Origin: an uncultured Candidatus Saccharibacteria bacterium
Lineage (GTDB): Bacteria; Patescibacteriota; Minisyncoccia; Phycocordibacterales; UBA9973
Length of the DNA: 64,000 nt
Assembly: GCA_964348725.1 (NCBI GenBank)
Contig: CAYGDG010000001.1
Location: 1,898-65,897, forward strand
Direction: 5' to 3'
The notes beneath the pieces are model-generated. The model worked only from the letters and a program-made list of their open reading frames with translations, was not told where the DNA came from and made no database searches. Positions 61,274-64,000 of this stretch are shown here, in pieces. Made by a program: the position numbers and the translations under genes. Numbering within the stretch: position 1 is the first letter of the stretch; the number at the start of each line of letters is the position of its first letter.

Positions 61274-63013
61274 ATGAAAATTTTGCTGTCATATGTAAAA
61301 AAATATTGGAAAGTCTGCACCGGGGTGCTCCTCCTCGCCGCCATCAACCAAGGCTTCTCGCTCCTTGACCCGCTTATCTTCCAGCACATCATCGATGACT
61401 ATGCCACGAAGTTCGACTCATACACTTTATCGGGATTTTTAGGCGGTATTTCATTTTTACTCTTGCTTGCCGTCGGTGCGGCATTCGCCTCGCGCGTGGC
61501 GAAAAATTTTCAGGATTATTACCTGAACAATGTCACGCAGCGTGTGGGCGCGCAGATTTATAATGATGGCATCGAACACTCGCTCGGCTTGCCGTACGCG
61601 GTATTCGAAGATCAGCGCAGTGGGGAGACGCTTGGTACTTTGCAGAAAGTCCGCACTTCGAGCGAAACGCTCATCGCTTCATTTGTGAATGTATTTTTTG
61701 TTTCCATTTTGGGCTTCGCCTTTGTCACGGTGTATGCCATCAGCGTGTACTGGGGCGTGGCCTTGGTTTTTGCCCTTACTGTGCCGATCATAGGCACTTT
61801 GAGCTATGTGTTGACCGGCAAAGTAAAGAAGATACAACAGCTTATTTTGGCGGAAACGACGGCGCTGGCTGGTTCGACTACGGAATCCTTACGCAATATT
61901 GAATTAGTGAAAAGTCTCGGCCTGGTAGGACAGGAAATATCCCGCCTGAACGCCACGACGCAAAAAATATTGAAGCTCGAATTAAAAAAGTTGCGATACA
62001 TCCGCAGCATCAGCTTTGTGCAAGGCACGTGCATCAATTTGCTCCGCACGCTCATCCTGGCATTTCTTTTGTATTTGGTTTTTGCGCGCACGATTTCGTT
62101 CGGGCAATTCTTCTCGCTCTATATTTATTCCTTCTTCATCTTTGGGCCGCTGCAGGAGCTGGGCAATGTCATAAATAATTACCGCGAAGCGCAGGCCGCG
62201 CTCGGCAGATTCGCAAATATTATGGCGATGCCGAAAGAGCCGGCGCCGCTCGAAGCCAAGAAAATAAATCATATCGACGCGCTTGAATTCAAAGGCGTTT
62301 CATTCCGCTACAAGAGCGCGCAAAGCCCGGCGCTCGAGGACATTTCTTTCGCCGCCAAAGCGGGGGAGACGATCGCATTTGTCGGCCCGTCCGGTTCGGG
62401 CAAGACCAGCCTGGTGAAGCTCCTCGTCGGCTTGTACCGCCCGGATACGGGAGAAGTGCAGTATAACAGCCTACCCGGCAGTGATATCGATATGAATGAA
62501 CTCCGCAGCCAGCTCGGCTTTGTCACCCAGGACACGCAGCTCTTTGCCGGTACGATTCGCGAGAACCTGCTGTTCGTCAATCCGCAAGCGACCGAAACGG
62601 AAATGCTTTCGGCGCTGCAGAAAAGCGCGGCCGAGCCATTGCTTGCTCGTGGAGATAAAGGCATCGACACCGTCATCGGTGAAGGCGGCGTAAAAGTCTC
62701 CGGCGGAGAAAAGCAGCGCCTGTCCATCGCCCGCGCATTGCTCCGCAAGCCGGCAATTTTAATTTTCGATGAAGCCACTTCCGCGCTCGACTCCATCACC
62801 GAAGAAGAAATCACGCGCACCATCCGCGATGTCTCCGCCGGCTCGTCCCGCATCACCGTGCTCATCGCGCATCGGCTTTCCACCATAATGCACGCGGACA
62901 GAATATATGTACTCGAAAAAGGCCGCTTTGCCGAAGTCGGCGCGCACGAAGAATTGCTCGCACAAAAAGGCCTGTACTACGCGATGTGGCGTCAGCAGAT
63001 AGGGGAGCGGTAA
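61274..63013 (+). CDS. ABC exporter with fused TMD and NBD (ABCB/MsbA-like)
   Basis: Six TM helices at the N-terminus. Walker A GPSGSGKTSL, signature VSGGEKQRLSIARALL, Walker B ILIFDEATSALD; 579 aa. Confidence 0.85.
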   Translation: MKILLSYVKKYWKVCTGVLLLAAINQGFSLLDPLIFQHIIDDYATKFDSYTLSGFLGGISFLLLLAVGAAFASRVAKNFQDYYLNNVTQRVGAQIYNDGIEHSLGLPYAVFEDQRSGETLGTLQKVRTSSETLIASFVNVFFVSILGFAFVTVYAISVYWGVALVFALTVPIIGTLSYVLTGKVKKIQQLILAETTALAGSTTESLRNIELVKSLGLVGQEISRLNATTQKILKLELKKLRYIRSISFVQGTCINLLRTLILAFLLYLVFARTISFGQFFSLYIYSFFIFGPLQELGNVINNYREAQAALGRFANIMAMPKEPAPLEAKKINHIDALEFKGVSFRYKSAQSPALEDISFAAKAGETIAFVGPSGSGKTSLVKLLVGLYRPDTGEVQYNSLPGSDIDMNELRSQLGFVTQDTQLFAGTIRENLLFVNPQATETEMLSALQKSAAEPLLARGDKGIDTVIGEGGVKVSGGEKQRLSIARALLRKPAILIFDEATSALDSITEEEITRTIRDVSAGSSRITVLIAHRLSTIMHADRIYVLEKGRFAEVGAHEELLAQKGLYYAMWRQQIGER

Positions 63014-63020
63014 ATTTTTA

Positions 63021-64000
63021 CTACGGCATTAACTGTTTAGTGATGTTTTTTATCGTAGTGCGAAGGTCTTTGAAGAAATTCGGGAACGAGCCTTCGGTGT
63101 AGCCGTCGGAATCCTTACCGCCGACGATGAGGCCGAGGGCGGTAAACCAGGCGCTGTCGCGCAGTTTGGTCTTGCTCACGCCGAACATATCGGTAGTGCC
63201 TATTTTTGAAGGCAGGCGAAGGGCTGTGCGGGAAAGCTCTTCAAGGCCGGGAAGCCCCGCGCCGCCGCCGACAAAGACGATGCCGGCCGGCAGGAGTTCG
63301 CTGCGTTTAATTTTTTTCAGATGATTTTCGATAAGTTCAAATATGTCGGACAGGCGGGCTTCAATAATTTCATCCAATTTCTTTTTGGAATAATCGCTGT
63401 CGCCGCCGAGCTTGATGCTCTCCGCTTCTTCGAGCGGAATTTTCAGGCCGAGAGCGATGTCATTGGTGATGTCGGACGAACCGATGGAAAATGTATGCAA
63501 ATAAATGAGCGCGCTGTTTTCATATACCGAGAGCGTCGTCGTCTCCGCGCCGATATTCACGAGTGCTGCGCCGACTATCTTCTGCCGTTCAGAAAGGGCG
63601 ATGTGCGAAGCAGCTACCGGCGAGGCTATGATATCGATAGGTTCGACGCCGGCTTCGGCGATGACTTCGAGCAGGTCTTCGATATGCTGGCTGGCGGAAG
63701 TGACAAAGAGGGTGCGAGCTTCGAGCTTGATGCCGCGCATGCCTTCGGGGCGAGGCAAAGCTTCTTTGCCGTCGAGGCGGAAGGAAAGGGGGAACATCTG
63801 AATTACTTTCTTATTGCCGAGGGAGAGATTGTTTTCCGCATCTTCGACTGCTTTATTTACATCGAGCGAGGTGACTTCGCCGTCAGCCTTGCCGATGATG
63901 GCCGAGCCATTGCCGACTTCGGAGCGCAGCGTCGTGCCGCCGATACTGATGAAAGCGCGCTTTATCTTGATGCCGGAATTTTTCTCCGCCATCTCGACGG
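63021..64000 (-). CDS. ftsA: Cell division protein FtsA (actin-like ATPase). Partial: the 5' end lies beyond the window.
   Basis: VNIGAETTTLSVYEN, IGSSDITNDIALGL and VFVGGGAGLPGLEEL motifs. The reading frame is open to the window edge. Confidence 0.8.
   Translation of the reverse strand, partial: VEMAEKNSGIKIKRAFISIGGTTLRSEVGNGSAIIGKADGEVTSLDVNKAVEDAENNLSLGNKKVIQMFPLSFRLDGKEALPRPEGMRGIKLEARTLFVTSASQHIEDLLEVIAEAGVEPIDIIASPVAASHIALSERQKIVGAALVNIGAETTTLSVYENSALIYLHTFSIGSSDITNDIALGLKIPLEEAESIKLGGDSDYSKKKLDEIIEARLSDIFELIENHLKKIKRSELLPAGIVFVGGGAGLPGLEELSRTALRLPSKIGTTDMFGVSKTKLRDSAWFTALGLIVGGKDSDGYTEGSFPNFFKDLRTTIKNITKQLMP

Noticed and set aside
62308-62886. 192-aa ORF on the - strand
   Set aside because: Antisense to the ABC exporter NBD (Walker A, signature and Walker B present on the + strand).

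Overview
This 64 kb window is a gene-dense stretch of a bacterial chromosome, about 90% coding, with roughly 47-50% GC and several AT-rich patches. By inference it comes from a small-genome, Gram-positive-like lineage. The split transketolase, the lamin-tail-domain (LTD)/PKD surface proteins, aminoacyl-tRNA synthetases carrying inserted domains, the absence of biosynthetic operons and the short intergenic regions point to Patescibacteria/CPR. I cannot verify this without a database search.

Core genes I can support from the translations:
- Replication and repair: dnaE, rnhB, and a family-4 uracil-DNA glycosylase.
- RNA modification: rsmE.
- A glycolysis/pentose-phosphate cluster: gap, rpiB, rpe, and transketolase split into N and C subunits.
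- Sugar and redox metabolism: a PfkB sugar kinase, an NDH-2-like oxidoreductase, gdh and trxB.
- Two ECF sigma factors, each with a membrane partner.
- A MacA/MacB/FtsX-type efflux system.
- Translation factors and tRNA synthetases: ychF, lepA, leuS and valS.
- tRNA modification and small enzymes: a PCD/DCoH dehydratase, a YrdC/TsaC homologue, tsaD and gmk.
- Cell envelope: murJ and an O-antigen-ligase-like TPR membrane protein.
- Cell division: ftsZ, ftsA (partial) and an FtsB-like protein.
- Stress and proteolysis: Hsp20, a PrsW-like protease and a Nudix hydrolase.
- Five tRNAs: Phe-GAA, Arg-CCT, Val-GAC, Glu-TTC and Ser-CGA.

The unusual content, all read directly from the sequence:
- LeuRS carries two AT-rich in-frame insertions. 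One is a complete YdeN/RBBP9-type serine-hydrolase fold with GHSAG, Asp and His motifs.
- The same roughly 36-nt GC-rich hairpin element sits in-frame inside both lepA and tsaD, in the same DNA orientation even though the genes are on opposite strands.
- An AT-rich island encodes a 1084-aa all-alpha orphan protein and a 214-aa partner with their own promoter and terminator, next to a SET-domain protein.
- A cluster of surface proteins has phage-tail-fibre-like GNVGIGT repeats, LTD and PKD domains, and C-terminal TM-plus-basic anchors. A roughly 120-bp segment is near-identical between two tail-fibre-like paralogues about 38 kb apart.
- A 10-Cys mini-protein lies immediately upstream of an ECF sigma/anti-sigma pair, which sits beside the efflux pump.
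- ftsA and ftsZ are separated by an oppositely oriented ABC exporter.

I saw no CRISPR array, rRNA, integrase or transposase. Functional calls come from motif recognition in the supplied translations only. No searches were run.
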